64,000 nt of DNA from Candidatus Uhrbacteria bacterium RIFCSPHIGHO2_12_FULL_60_25 (GTDB lineage Bacteria > Patescibacteriota > Patescibacteriia > 2-12-FULL-60-25): positions 11,097-75,096 of the forward strand of contig MGEH01000024.1 of assembly GCA_001791275.1 (NCBI GenBank), written 5' to 3'. A model generated the notes under the pieces. It saw only the letters and a list, made by a program, of their open reading frames with translations. It searched no databases and was not told where the DNA came from. The position numbers and the translations under genes are program-made. How positions within the stretch are numbered: position 1 is the first letter of the stretch; every line of letters starts with the position of its first letter. Below, in pieces: positions 24,843-33,117 of this stretch.

Positions 24843-26069
24843 TCACTTGATGAAGCTGCGAGTCGGCTCCGGGTTCATGAGGTCCCAGAGGTACCGATTC
24901 GGCATGTCCATCTGACAGCCGCGCATGCAGGTGTCCACGTCGAGTCCGCCTTCAGCAGGCGATTTGCGTGTGTACTCCCAACAGGCTTTACGACGTTCAC
25001 CGTGCCAGATGTCCATGAACGAGAGCTCGTTCACGTTCCCGAGTCGGAAACGGTGATCGCCCAGTTCTTTGCCGTGCTCCACGCGTCCCACATGAGCCGA
25101 ACAGGCCCACAACTCTCCGTCCGCCTCGATGTATGCCCAGTGGTACGGCGTAGAGTAGCAGGCCTTGTACCCGCGCTCCGCCGAATCTTCGTGCGCCATG
25201 GTTTCACGACGGATCGTGATCTCGAACTGATCGGTCTCAAGTGCTTCGACGTCGTCGAACATCTTGCTGATCTGGTCGTACGCAACGGTCGCGTACATGT
25301 TCGATCGCGACACATCCTTTTCCACGAGATGTTGCTTGTAGGGCTTCACCGCGAGGTTGTCCACGCCAATGTCACGCAAACGCGTAGCGAGCGGGAGGAC
25401 CGTGTGAATGTTGGACGGGTAGTTCTCCTGGAGGAGCGACCGTCGACGTTTGCCCTGCGCTTCAGGGACGACCACGATCTGGGCGAGTATCTGCACGCGT
25501 GCGCCGATGCGTTCGCGGATCTTCACCGCGTTCTCCAGATTCCGGAGGACCGTATCGAAATCCTCCGGCTTGGTGCGATGGATCGCGGCATACGTTTCAC
25601 GGTCGCCTGCGTTCAGAGACGTACGGACCCAGCGCAAGCGTTTTGCCTGGAACGCACGTTCCGCGAACTTCTCCGTCAACAGGACGGCGTTCGTGGTGAT
25701 CGCGGTATCGACGCCGACCGTGTCGGCATGCACGATGACGTCAGCCAGTGTCTTGCCCGTGGCCTTGTCTTTGTAGAGCAACGGTTCACCGGCTCCGGCG
25801 AACATCGCGGAGAGCAGTCCCTGTTGAGCCATGTCGGTGAGCGCGCGCTCGAGAACGGTGTACTCCAGCCGTGGAGCGTCTTCCCGATCGAGCATGTAGT
25901 CCACGCTGCAGAACGTGCATTCGTGGTTGCACACGCCCACCGGCGACACTTCCATGTAGATGGGGAAGATGTTTTTCGCCGTCTCCCATTCATCCTTCGC
26001 GGCGAGCCAATGGGCCACGCGCGCCGGATGCATGTCGAGCTTCTGGCCTTCGATCCTGGTCTTATCCAT
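24843..26069 (-). CDS. Radical SAM enzyme with a Cys-rich C-terminal (SPASM/twitch-like) extension
   Basis: Start taken at MDKTRIEG (26069) with an AAGGAG RBS. CNHECTFCSVDY is the CxxxCxxC motif. Additional C-terminal cysteines: ACYSTP, WACSAHVG and CMRGCQ. Confidence 0.88.
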   Translation of the reverse strand: MDKTRIEGQKLDMHPARVAHWLAAKDEWETAKNIFPIYMEVSPVGVCNHECTFCSVDYMLDREDAPRLEYTVLERALTDMAQQGLLSAMFAGAGEPLLYKDKATGKTLADVIVHADTVGVDTAITTNAVLLTEKFAERAFQAKRLRWVRTSLNAGDRETYAAIHRTKPEDFDTVLRNLENAVKIRERIGARVQILAQIVVVPEAQGKRRRSLLQENYPSNIHTVLPLATRLRDIGVDNLAVKPYKQHLVEKDVSRSNMYATVAYDQISKMFDDVEALETDQFEITIRRETMAHEDSAERGYKACYSTPYHWAYIEADGELWACSAHVGRVEHGKELGDHRFRLGNVNELSFMDIWHGERRKACWEYTRKSPAEGGLDVDTCMRGCQMDMPNRYLWDLMNPEPTRSFIK

Positions 26070-26157
26070 GTAAGGTGCACTCCTTTCTGGCGCGTCCATT
26101 GATGTTTGTTACACGTGCGATGCTACTCGCTGACGGGTTGTGCGTCAATCCGTGTGG

Positions 26158-26985
26158 TTAAGAGTTTTTCTTCGGGCTTCCTTCTTCCCACGTGATATCC
26201 AATCCCTGTGACTTCACCAGTTCATTATTATACGCCTCCGCGAGTTTCAGGAGCGTTAGTTCGACTCCCGCCCGATCACCGAGTTGGATGGTCGATCGTG
26301 CGTCTTTCGGCAAACACTTGCCACCATATCCGCGATACCCATTGTGATGGACGTCCCAGTGCATCTCCCCCATCCACGGTTCGGCTTTCAAACATTCTTT
26401 CACGTGATCGTACTCGAGACCCAGTTTCGTGCACAGATCATACATCTGATTCGCGTATGAGACCTTGAGTGCATAGAAGGAGTTGCCCATACACTTCACG
26501 AACTCCGCCGGCTTCGCAGGGATGATCTTCTCGAACGGTGCGCGTGGAAGGAGTTCCATGACCACTTCTGCGTCACCCCTGCTCGCGTCCGTGAATCCGA
26601 CTATCTGACGGTTCGGATGCTGCATGTCGAAATCCACACGCGACTCTGTGAGGAATTCCGGATTGAACAGGATCCGATGTTGGGGGAATTCGGCCTGGAA
26701 TCGATCCGTGGTCCCAGGAAGGACCGTGGACTTCAAGACAATGATCTTTCCGGTAACACGGACCGTGTTCAACGCAGCGCGGAGGTACGAGTCATCAAAC
26801 CCCGTCCCATCCAAGTAATGCGGCGTCGGGACCGCGATAAAGATGATGTCGGCCTGCTCGAGCACCGTCAAATCACCCAACCCCTTCGGCGGATCGAATA
26901 ATCCCGCATCGATGTTGCGAGTCTTGAAGAAGCGGTCCAAGGCGCTCCCCACGAAACCGGCTCCGATAATGGCGACTTTCTTCAT
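26158..26985 (-). CDS. Short UDP-glucose/GDP-mannose dehydrogenase-family protein (N-terminal and central domains only)
   Basis: Start taken at MKKVAIIGAGFVGS (26985, ATGA overlap). Catalytic-Cys context GGKCLPKD. Only ~275 aa, with no visible C-terminal nucleotide-sugar-binding domain. Confidence 0.8.
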   Translation of the reverse strand: MKKVAIIGAGFVGSALDRFFKTRNIDAGLFDPPKGLGDLTVLEQADIIFIAVPTPHYLDGTGFDDSYLRAALNTVRVTGKIIVLKSTVLPGTTDRFQAEFPQHRILFNPEFLTESRVDFDMQHPNRQIVGFTDASRGDAEVVMELLPRAPFEKIIPAKPAEFVKCMGNSFYALKVSYANQMYDLCTKLGLEYDHVKECLKAEPWMGEMHWDVHHNGYRGYGGKCLPKDARSTIQLGDRAGVELTLLKLAEAYNNELVKSQGLDITWEEGSPKKNS

Positions 26986-27806
26986 GTTTTCGGGGGTTCC
27001 AGCACCGCGATACTGCCATATCCCAGGTTTCGAAGCAATGGTGCAGACCGATGCTTGTCGAGCCATCTGATCAGAGGGATCAGCGCGGGAAGATAGGGCA
27101 TGACAAGCGTACTCGCTTCAAAACGGACGATCTTCCATCCGGTCGCTTGTTCTAAACAGCGGCGCATGACCCACGGGTAACGCCAGATATGCGGCAGTTC
27201 CTTCGAGCCAGCATACCCTTCCTGAACACCTTCGCCGAACACATGGCCGATGATGCGCAGGATCCCCCATGGCAATGCTTTCAGCGACGTTTTGCTGAAT
27301 TGCCAAAACCCATAATCACCGCCCAAGACGGCGGCCGCGCAAAGATTGAGGCATGTTGGGAGGGCGACGATCACGCGCGTTCGCGCCACGCGAACCAACT
27401 CTCGTGCGCCTTGATCAAAATTCGGCAAATGCTCAAGGACGTGAGAGCTAACGACGACATCAAACGAATCATCCGGTACGGGAAGGTGCTCAGCGTCGCC
27501 TTGCATAAACTGTGTCAGGTGAGAAACACCGCGATGCTGCGCTTCTGCCATCGCCGCAGCAATATTCGGTTGCGACAAATCAACACCCGTAGACGCAATT
27601 CCCTTGTCCGCAAGGAGCAGCGATAGTACCCCCTCACCGCATCCGGCATCCAAAATCGAAGATCCTTGTGGGACGAGCGAAAGCAACGCATCATACTGCG
27701 TGCGATGCGCGTACCGCCGTAACGGTTCAGGCGACTCGAACCGTTTCTTGATGATTTGGTCGCTGTACCCCTCATAAAACGACTTGATCGAGGATGGCTC
27801 TCTCAT
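26982..27806 (-). CDS. Class I SAM-dependent methyltransferase
   Basis: 274 aa. ILDAGCGEGVLS SAM motif and FDVVVSSHVLEHL. Confidence 0.85.
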   Translation of the reverse strand: MREPSSIKSFYEGYSDQIIKKRFESPEPLRRYAHRTQYDALLSLVPQGSSILDAGCGEGVLSLLLADKGIASTGVDLSQPNIAAAMAEAQHRGVSHLTQFMQGDAEHLPVPDDSFDVVVSSHVLEHLPNFDQGARELVRVARTRVIVALPTCLNLCAAAVLGGDYGFWQFSKTSLKALPWGILRIIGHVFGEGVQEGYAGSKELPHIWRYPWVMRRCLEQATGWKIVRFEASTLVMPYLPALIPLIRWLDKHRSAPLLRNLGYGSIAVLEPPKT

Positions 27807-27899
27807 GGCCTCACATCATAAATTGTTCATGGCAAATCGTAAATAGTCGTACGATGGAATAATTTACTTAATGTCATTTACACACTACTATCACGTCAC

Positions 27900-29201
27900 A
27901 TGGACTGGAAATCGAACCGAGCTGACCTCGCAAACTGGCTGACACGGACGTTAGAATTGGACGTCCGGTTTTATGGTCGTTCAATCGCTTTGCTCACATT
28001 CGGTTACGCGAGCAGCGTGTTTCGCGGCGTCGCAACCACGTTTCTCATGGCGCGCTGGCTTCCGAAGGAAACGCTCGGGCAATTCCGGTACGTGCTCGCG
28101 CTCTTCGGAATGGCGGGCATGTTCGCGCTTACGGGGATGAGCTCGTCCGTGATTCGCGCCGTTGCTCAAGGAGATACGATCGTCGCCCGCCTCGCATTCA
28201 AGCGGGTGCTCACGTTCGCGCCGCTTGGGAGCCTGGCGCTACTTCTTGCCGCAGCCGAACGAGCCTGGCACGGCGAACCCGTGGTCGCGAGTGCGCTCGC
28301 CTTTGCCGGCATCGCATTCACGCCATACGCCGTGAGCGGATTCTATGGACACATCCTCACAGGTCAGCAGAAGATCCGCGAACTCACACAGGTCGCCGTC
28401 GTGAACAACTTGCTCTTCGCGATCCTGTTCGTCATGCTTCTCCGCGCAAACCGCGGACTTCTGACCGTGACCGTCGCCTACTTCGGCCTGGACGTGGCGA
28501 TCCGCGGATATTTCACGTGGCGAGAAATGCGGCGCCTCCCGATTCAGGGGTCCGCCGAAGGACATCTCTCGCTCGGACATCATCTGTCCGCTATCGGTGT
28601 CATACAGACAATCGCCGCCCAGCTCGACCAGGTGCTCGTGAAATGGTTCGGAGGCTACGGAACGCTCGCAAGCTTCAGCGTCGCCACCGTGATCCCGGAA
28701 CAGATCAAGGACTTCGTGAACAGTATCAGCGGAACCGTCTTGCAGCGCCTCTCTCGCCACGAGCGCACGAATGCGCATGTTCGCGCGACGCGTCGTCATT
28801 TCTGGCTGGCCATGTGCGGATCCGCCGTCATCGTGGCCGGATATGCGATCGTCGCACCGTTCGTGATCCCCTGGCTGTTCCCGCAATATAGCGACGTCGT
28901 CCTGCCGTCCATCGTCTACGCCGTTGGTCTTCTCGCATTGCCGGCCGTCGTGGGCTTGTTCTTCTTCCAGGCGCACAACGAGATCAAGCGACTCTGGCGA
29001 TTCTATGTAATACAGACGGTCCTGCAGATGGCCGCGAACATCGCTCTCATCCCAACCTTCGGAGCATGGGGTGCCATCTGGTCGAAGACCGGAACCAGAC
29101 TCGTAAGCCTTCTGGTAAGCTACCCATCGTATGATCCGGACAGTGCGCGGTCGGCATCCACAGTGCGCCCAAACGACGGTCCTGACAGGGATGCAAAGTA
29201 A
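27900..29201 (+). CDS. Polysaccharide/oligosaccharide flippase (Wzx-like, MOP superfamily)
   Basis: 433 aa, about 12 hydrophobic segments, typical Wzx-like size and layout. No strong motif, so the family call is moderate. Confidence 0.75.
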   Translation: MDWKSNRADLANWLTRTLELDVRFYGRSIALLTFGYASSVFRGVATTFLMARWLPKETLGQFRYVLALFGMAGMFALTGMSSSVIRAVAQGDTIVARLAFKRVLTFAPLGSLALLLAAAERAWHGEPVVASALAFAGIAFTPYAVSGFYGHILTGQQKIRELTQVAVVNNLLFAILFVMLLRANRGLLTVTVAYFGLDVAIRGYFTWREMRRLPIQGSAEGHLSLGHHLSAIGVIQTIAAQLDQVLVKWFGGYGTLASFSVATVIPEQIKDFVNSISGTVLQRLSRHERTNAHVRATRRHFWLAMCGSAVIVAGYAIVAPFVIPWLFPQYSDVVLPSIVYAVGLLALPAVVGLFFFQAHNEIKRLWRFYVIQTVLQMAANIALIPTFGAWGAIWSKTGTRLVSLLVSYPSYDPDSARSASTVRPNDGPDRDAK

Positions 29202-29245
29202 GCCATATCCGCCACCCTGTACGAAGCACATATAACGTGTTAAAA

Positions 29246-30247
29246 ATGAGCGCCTCTCAAAAAAATATGCCTCATACCTTCGAATCCGCATTCCAGGGCT
29301 ACCATGGAAAACGTGTGCTCGTAACGGGCGCGGACGGTTTTATAGGTTCGCATCTCACGGAAAAACTGCTCGATCTGGGCGCGCACGTGACCATTTTTGT
29401 GCGCGGCACGTCCGTGCTCGGCACGCATCGCAACGATGTAAAAAATCTCGCCCACGTGTTGCCGCGCCTCAACGTGATCGCGGGTAATCTAGCCACGCAT
29501 GATTCCATCGAACTGATCCGCAGCGCAAGCCCCGACATCATCCTACATCTGGCAGCGGAAGCATACGTGCCAAAATCTTTCACCCAGCCTCTCGACGTAT
29601 TCGCGGTGAATCTTGACGGAACACTCAACGTGCTTGAAGCGGCCCGCGGGTTGCCTTCCGTCCAGCGCATGGTGGTGACGTCATCGAGCGAAGTCTATGG
29701 GAGCTATCCCGATCCGATCAGCGAAACAAATTTATTGAATCCGACATCCCCGTATGGCGCATCAAAGGTCGCCGCTGATCGCGCGGCTTATGCCTGGCAC
29801 GTGACCTGGCAGATGCCGATCGCCATCATCCGGCCCTTCAATACCTACGGCCCACGACATACCTATGACGTCATCCCCAAATTCATCGACCTGGCGCTCT
29901 CCGGCAAGCCGCTGACTGTTCATGGAACGGGTCAACAGAGCCGGGATTTCACCTACGTCAGCGATACTGTCAATGGATTCCTGCTCATGGGCATCCATCC
30001 AAAGGCAGTCGGCGAAGTGGTGAATTTCGGAGCCGGAGCACCCGTGAGCATCACCGACGTCGCCACCAAAGTGAAAGCCCTTACCGGCTCATCCTCGGAG
30101 ATCGTGCACGATATGAACCGTTTGGCTGAAGTCGCTACCCTTACATGCAACTGGAAAAAGGCACGTGCCCTGTTCGGATGGTCGCCTCTGGTGGATTTCG
30201 AGCAAGGCTTAACACTCAACATACAATGGTCAAAAGAGAACCAATAA
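29246..30247 (+). CDS. NAD-dependent nucleotide-sugar 4,6-dehydratase/epimerase (extended SDR)
   Basis: KRVLVTGADGFIGSHLTEKL, SSSEVYG and YGASKVAAD (YxxxK). Candidate starts at 29237 (GTG), 29246 and 29267 (ATG). Confidence 0.85.
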   Translation: MSASQKNMPHTFESAFQGYHGKRVLVTGADGFIGSHLTEKLLDLGAHVTIFVRGTSVLGTHRNDVKNLAHVLPRLNVIAGNLATHDSIELIRSASPDIILHLAAEAYVPKSFTQPLDVFAVNLDGTLNVLEAARGLPSVQRMVVTSSSEVYGSYPDPISETNLLNPTSPYGASKVAADRAAYAWHVTWQMPIAIIRPFNTYGPRHTYDVIPKFIDLALSGKPLTVHGTGQQSRDFTYVSDTVNGFLLMGIHPKAVGEVVNFGAGAPVSITDVATKVKALTGSSSEIVHDMNRLAEVATLTCNWKKARALFGWSPLVDFEQGLTLNIQWSKENQ

Positions 30248-30927
30248 AGGTGTTTCTGTTTGCGGGATATCTGCCCTCCTACGAAGTCATCTCTGGCTTG
30301 GTCAAAGCCGACGTCAAGCTGGTAGGCGCGCTGTTCGGATCGACGCGCGTTCGACGTCTGGGATGGCGCCAGCGTGTTCGGAATCTTTTCCGTCGCAGGT
30401 CATTCATGGAACCGGCGGTCTTACTCGCCAAGCACGGCGCCTCCGTCCACTTCGTGGACGACTACAATGGTCCGCAAGCCGAAGCAATCTTACGGGGCGC
30501 GCAACCGGACGTGCTGCTGCTCTATGGATCAAGAATCATCAAACCAAACATACTCTCCATTCCGAAGATCGGAACACTAAACGCACATTCGTCTCTGCTG
30601 CCAAAATACCGCGGATCGGCATCCGAATTTTGGATGTTGCGTAACAACGAACCACAGTATGCAGGCGTCACCATCCACTGGGTGACGCCGGGACTGGATG
30701 AAGGAGATATCTTCCTACAACGACCGCTCACGGTAATGACCGGCGTGGCACCCAGGACACTGCGTGAACAGAGCAGGCCGCTGGCAGGCGCGATGTTCGC
30801 TGAAGCGATCCATTCAATTGAAGACGGCCGTATCATCCGCATTCCCCAGAATGGATCATTGGCCAGTACATACAAACGACCGACAGCTGAAGATATAAGA
30901 GTCTTTGAGGAAACATATGGCCGATGA
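30226..30927 (+). CDS. Sugar N-formyltransferase (Fmt/ArnA-N/WbkC-like formyl_trans_N fold)
   Basis: Start taken at MVKREPIKVFLF. LNAHSSLLPKYRGSAS and HWVTPGLDEGDI (Asn-His-Asp catalytic pattern). Confidence 0.85.
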   Translation: MVKREPIKVFLFAGYLPSYEVISGLVKADVKLVGALFGSTRVRRLGWRQRVRNLFRRRSFMEPAVLLAKHGASVHFVDDYNGPQAEAILRGAQPDVLLLYGSRIIKPNILSIPKIGTLNAHSSLLPKYRGSASEFWMLRNNEPQYAGVTIHWVTPGLDEGDIFLQRPLTVMTGVAPRTLREQSRPLAGAMFAEAIHSIEDGRIIRIPQNGSLASTYKRPTAEDIRVFEETYGR

Positions 30928-32047
30928 CATGACATTTGCGGCTGCCGAATGGCTGCTCAATTCAGGTATTCAAAACCCCCCTGGGACGCACGAGATGCAC
31001 GGCGCAGATGTGGGCGGGAGTTTTAATGCATGGTTCAACCCACAGACGCATACCCATTCCTACATCTATACAGAGATATCCGGCTACGCGCTCACCACCC
31101 TCTTATACCTATACCGTCGATATGGAGACGCTCGATTCAAACGTCATGCGACTCTCGTGGGCGAGTGGCTCCACAACATCCAATTGCCAACAGGAGCGCT
31201 ACCAACCGCCTTCTATATCGAAGCGACGCCTTTCCAAAAATCTTCGGACCTTCATGCGTTCGACGTCGGCATGGTCCTGAACGGTCTCGTCTGTTTGCAT
31301 AGGGAGACCCTCGAAGAACGATATCTGCAGTCCGCGATACGCGCAGCCGATTGGATCGCGGGCATCCAACGCGGTGATGGCTCCGTTCCCGCCATGACGG
31401 ACGCGGTTACAGGAGCTACCAAGGATCATGAGGGTACATGGTCCACCCAGCCCGGGCCCTATCACGGGAAACTCGCGATTGGGTTGTTGAATCTATTCGA
31501 TCTCACACGGGATCCGCGCTACGCAGATGCGGCTCGCGCGTTATGCAACTACACGCTTACCCGTCAAAAAAAGAATGGCCAATTCCTGACCTACGGGAAC
31601 TTGGATGGAACAAACTTCCACCCCCATGCGTATGCATGCGAGGGTTTATACGCTGCCGGATGCTATCTCAATGAGCTTCGATATCTCGATGCTGCGCGAC
31701 GAGGCACCGAGTGGGCTCTCTCGCTCTGCAAGGACGGCATCATTCCCCGCCATATACATGACGAACGTATCAATTATCATGAGCGGGCGGACATTCAGAT
31801 GCAGATCTCGCGCCTCGCGACGCTCTTCCACATTCAGGACGACAATGCAACGCAACTGTTCCAGCGTTTGCCAGAATATCGTTACCGTCACGATCAGGAT
31901 ACTCAAGGAGGTGGATTCATCTTCGGCAAGAGCAGCGCCGGAGAACTGCTGCCACATGTGAACGCCTGGGTTACGATGTTCTCGCTACAAGCCATATCTC
32001 TTGGTGCTGATCCTGATGCGCAGTTCGATCCCTTCTATCTGATATGA
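30917..32047 (+). CDS. Hypothetical protein, probably an alpha/alpha-toroid fold (prenyltransferase/C5-epimerase/hydrolase-like)
   Basis: ATG at 30917 with a GAGGA RBS. Repeated aromatic/Gly-rich helical-pair segments (YTEISGYALT, AADWIAGIQRGDGS, HAYACEGLYAAG). No catalytic motif recognised. Confidence 0.6.
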   Translation: MADDMTFAAAEWLLNSGIQNPPGTHEMHGADVGGSFNAWFNPQTHTHSYIYTEISGYALTTLLYLYRRYGDARFKRHATLVGEWLHNIQLPTGALPTAFYIEATPFQKSSDLHAFDVGMVLNGLVCLHRETLEERYLQSAIRAADWIAGIQRGDGSVPAMTDAVTGATKDHEGTWSTQPGPYHGKLAIGLLNLFDLTRDPRYADAARALCNYTLTRQKKNGQFLTYGNLDGTNFHPHAYACEGLYAAGCYLNELRYLDAARRGTEWALSLCKDGIIPRHIHDERINYHERADIQMQISRLATLFHIQDDNATQLFQRLPEYRYRHDQDTQGGGFIFGKSSAGELLPHVNAWVTMFSLQAISLGADPDAQFDPFYLI

Positions 32048-33117
32048 ACATCCTTCATCTCGCCTACAGCGCGGATGTCCGATCCGGTTGGGGCCGCCTC
32101 ACATACGAGGTGATCACGCGACTGCGCGAACGTGGCCATGCGATCAACCTCCTCACGGAACACGCTTCAGGTTACCCGGAAGAAAAAAAACTGTTGGGTC
32201 GTTCGTGGCGTGCACTCACCGGTCTGAGTCAGATTCGCAAACATATACGAACCGCGGACATCGTCCACTCGTGGGAAGCGAATCCCTATGCCATCACAGC
32301 CTATGCGGCGGGGTGGGGTCTCAAGAGGAAGAATGTCATTATCGCCACCGGCGCCTATTCCGTGCAACCGCTCTATCACATCAGAACACGTGCCATCCTG
32401 AAACATGTCTATCGCCGCACGAATCGGATCATCTGCATCAGTCGCTACATTGAAAAAGAGATTCAGCGTGTGATTCCTGATGCTCGTACCGAGGTCGTCA
32501 CCTTGGGGGTGGACTTTGAAAAGTTCAGCGGTGAACGAATGCGACCAAAGGAGCGCTTCGTGTTAAGCGTTGGCAATGTAGGACACCGTAAAGGATATCA
32601 CGTTTCCATTCCTGCCTTTGCCGAAGTGGCGCGCCGGATGCCGGACATGAACTATTACATTGCCGGCAGCACCGATAACGCCATCTATCAGCGCCTTCAC
32701 GAACAAATCCATGAGCATGGACTGGGTGGGCGCGTTGTTTTCTTGGGAACTCAAAACGATGAACAGCTCAAGGAGCTGTATCTCACTGCGGAGCTTTTCC
32801 TTCTCACCTCCGTAAATTTCGACCATCATTTTGAAGGATTTGGTCTGGTGTTCCTGGAGGCTGCATCCGCCGGGCTCCCGGTGATCGGAACGACAGATAA
32901 TGGAATCGTGGATGCCATCAACGAGAGTAAAAATGGCCTGTTAGTACCCCAAAATGATCCGCACGCTACCGCGGAAGCGATGCTGGCGATCCTGCAGGAT
33001 CCTGAACGCAAACGATCATATGCACGGGAGAGCGTCGCATGGGCAAAAAAAAATAGCTGGGATAACACCGTAGATCGGTATATCGGGATCTATACCCAAA
33101 TCCTACATGAGTCCTAG
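32044..33117 (+). CDS. GT4 (GT-B) glycosyltransferase
   Basis: 357 aa. EGFGLVFLEAASAGLPVIGT (E-x7-E region). ATGA overlap with the upstream gene. Confidence 0.9.
   Translation: MNILHLAYSADVRSGWGRLTYEVITRLRERGHAINLLTEHASGYPEEKKLLGRSWRALTGLSQIRKHIRTADIVHSWEANPYAITAYAAGWGLKRKNVIIATGAYSVQPLYHIRTRAILKHVYRRTNRIICISRYIEKEIQRVIPDARTEVVTLGVDFEKFSGERMRPKERFVLSVGNVGHRKGYHVSIPAFAEVARRMPDMNYYIAGSTDNAIYQRLHEQIHEHGLGGRVVFLGTQNDEQLKELYLTAELFLLTSVNFDHHFEGFGLVFLEAASAGLPVIGTTDNGIVDAINESKNGLLVPQNDPHATAEAMLAILQDPERKRSYARESVAWAKKNSWDNTVDRYIGIYTQILHES

Noticed and set aside
25002-26102. 366-aa ORF antisense to the radical SAM gene.
   Set aside because: Shadow ORF. The minus-strand frame carries CxxxCxxC and a good RBS.
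28239-29291. 350-aa ORF antisense to the flippase.
   Set aside because: Shadow ORF. The plus-strand frame gives a coherent polytopic membrane protein.
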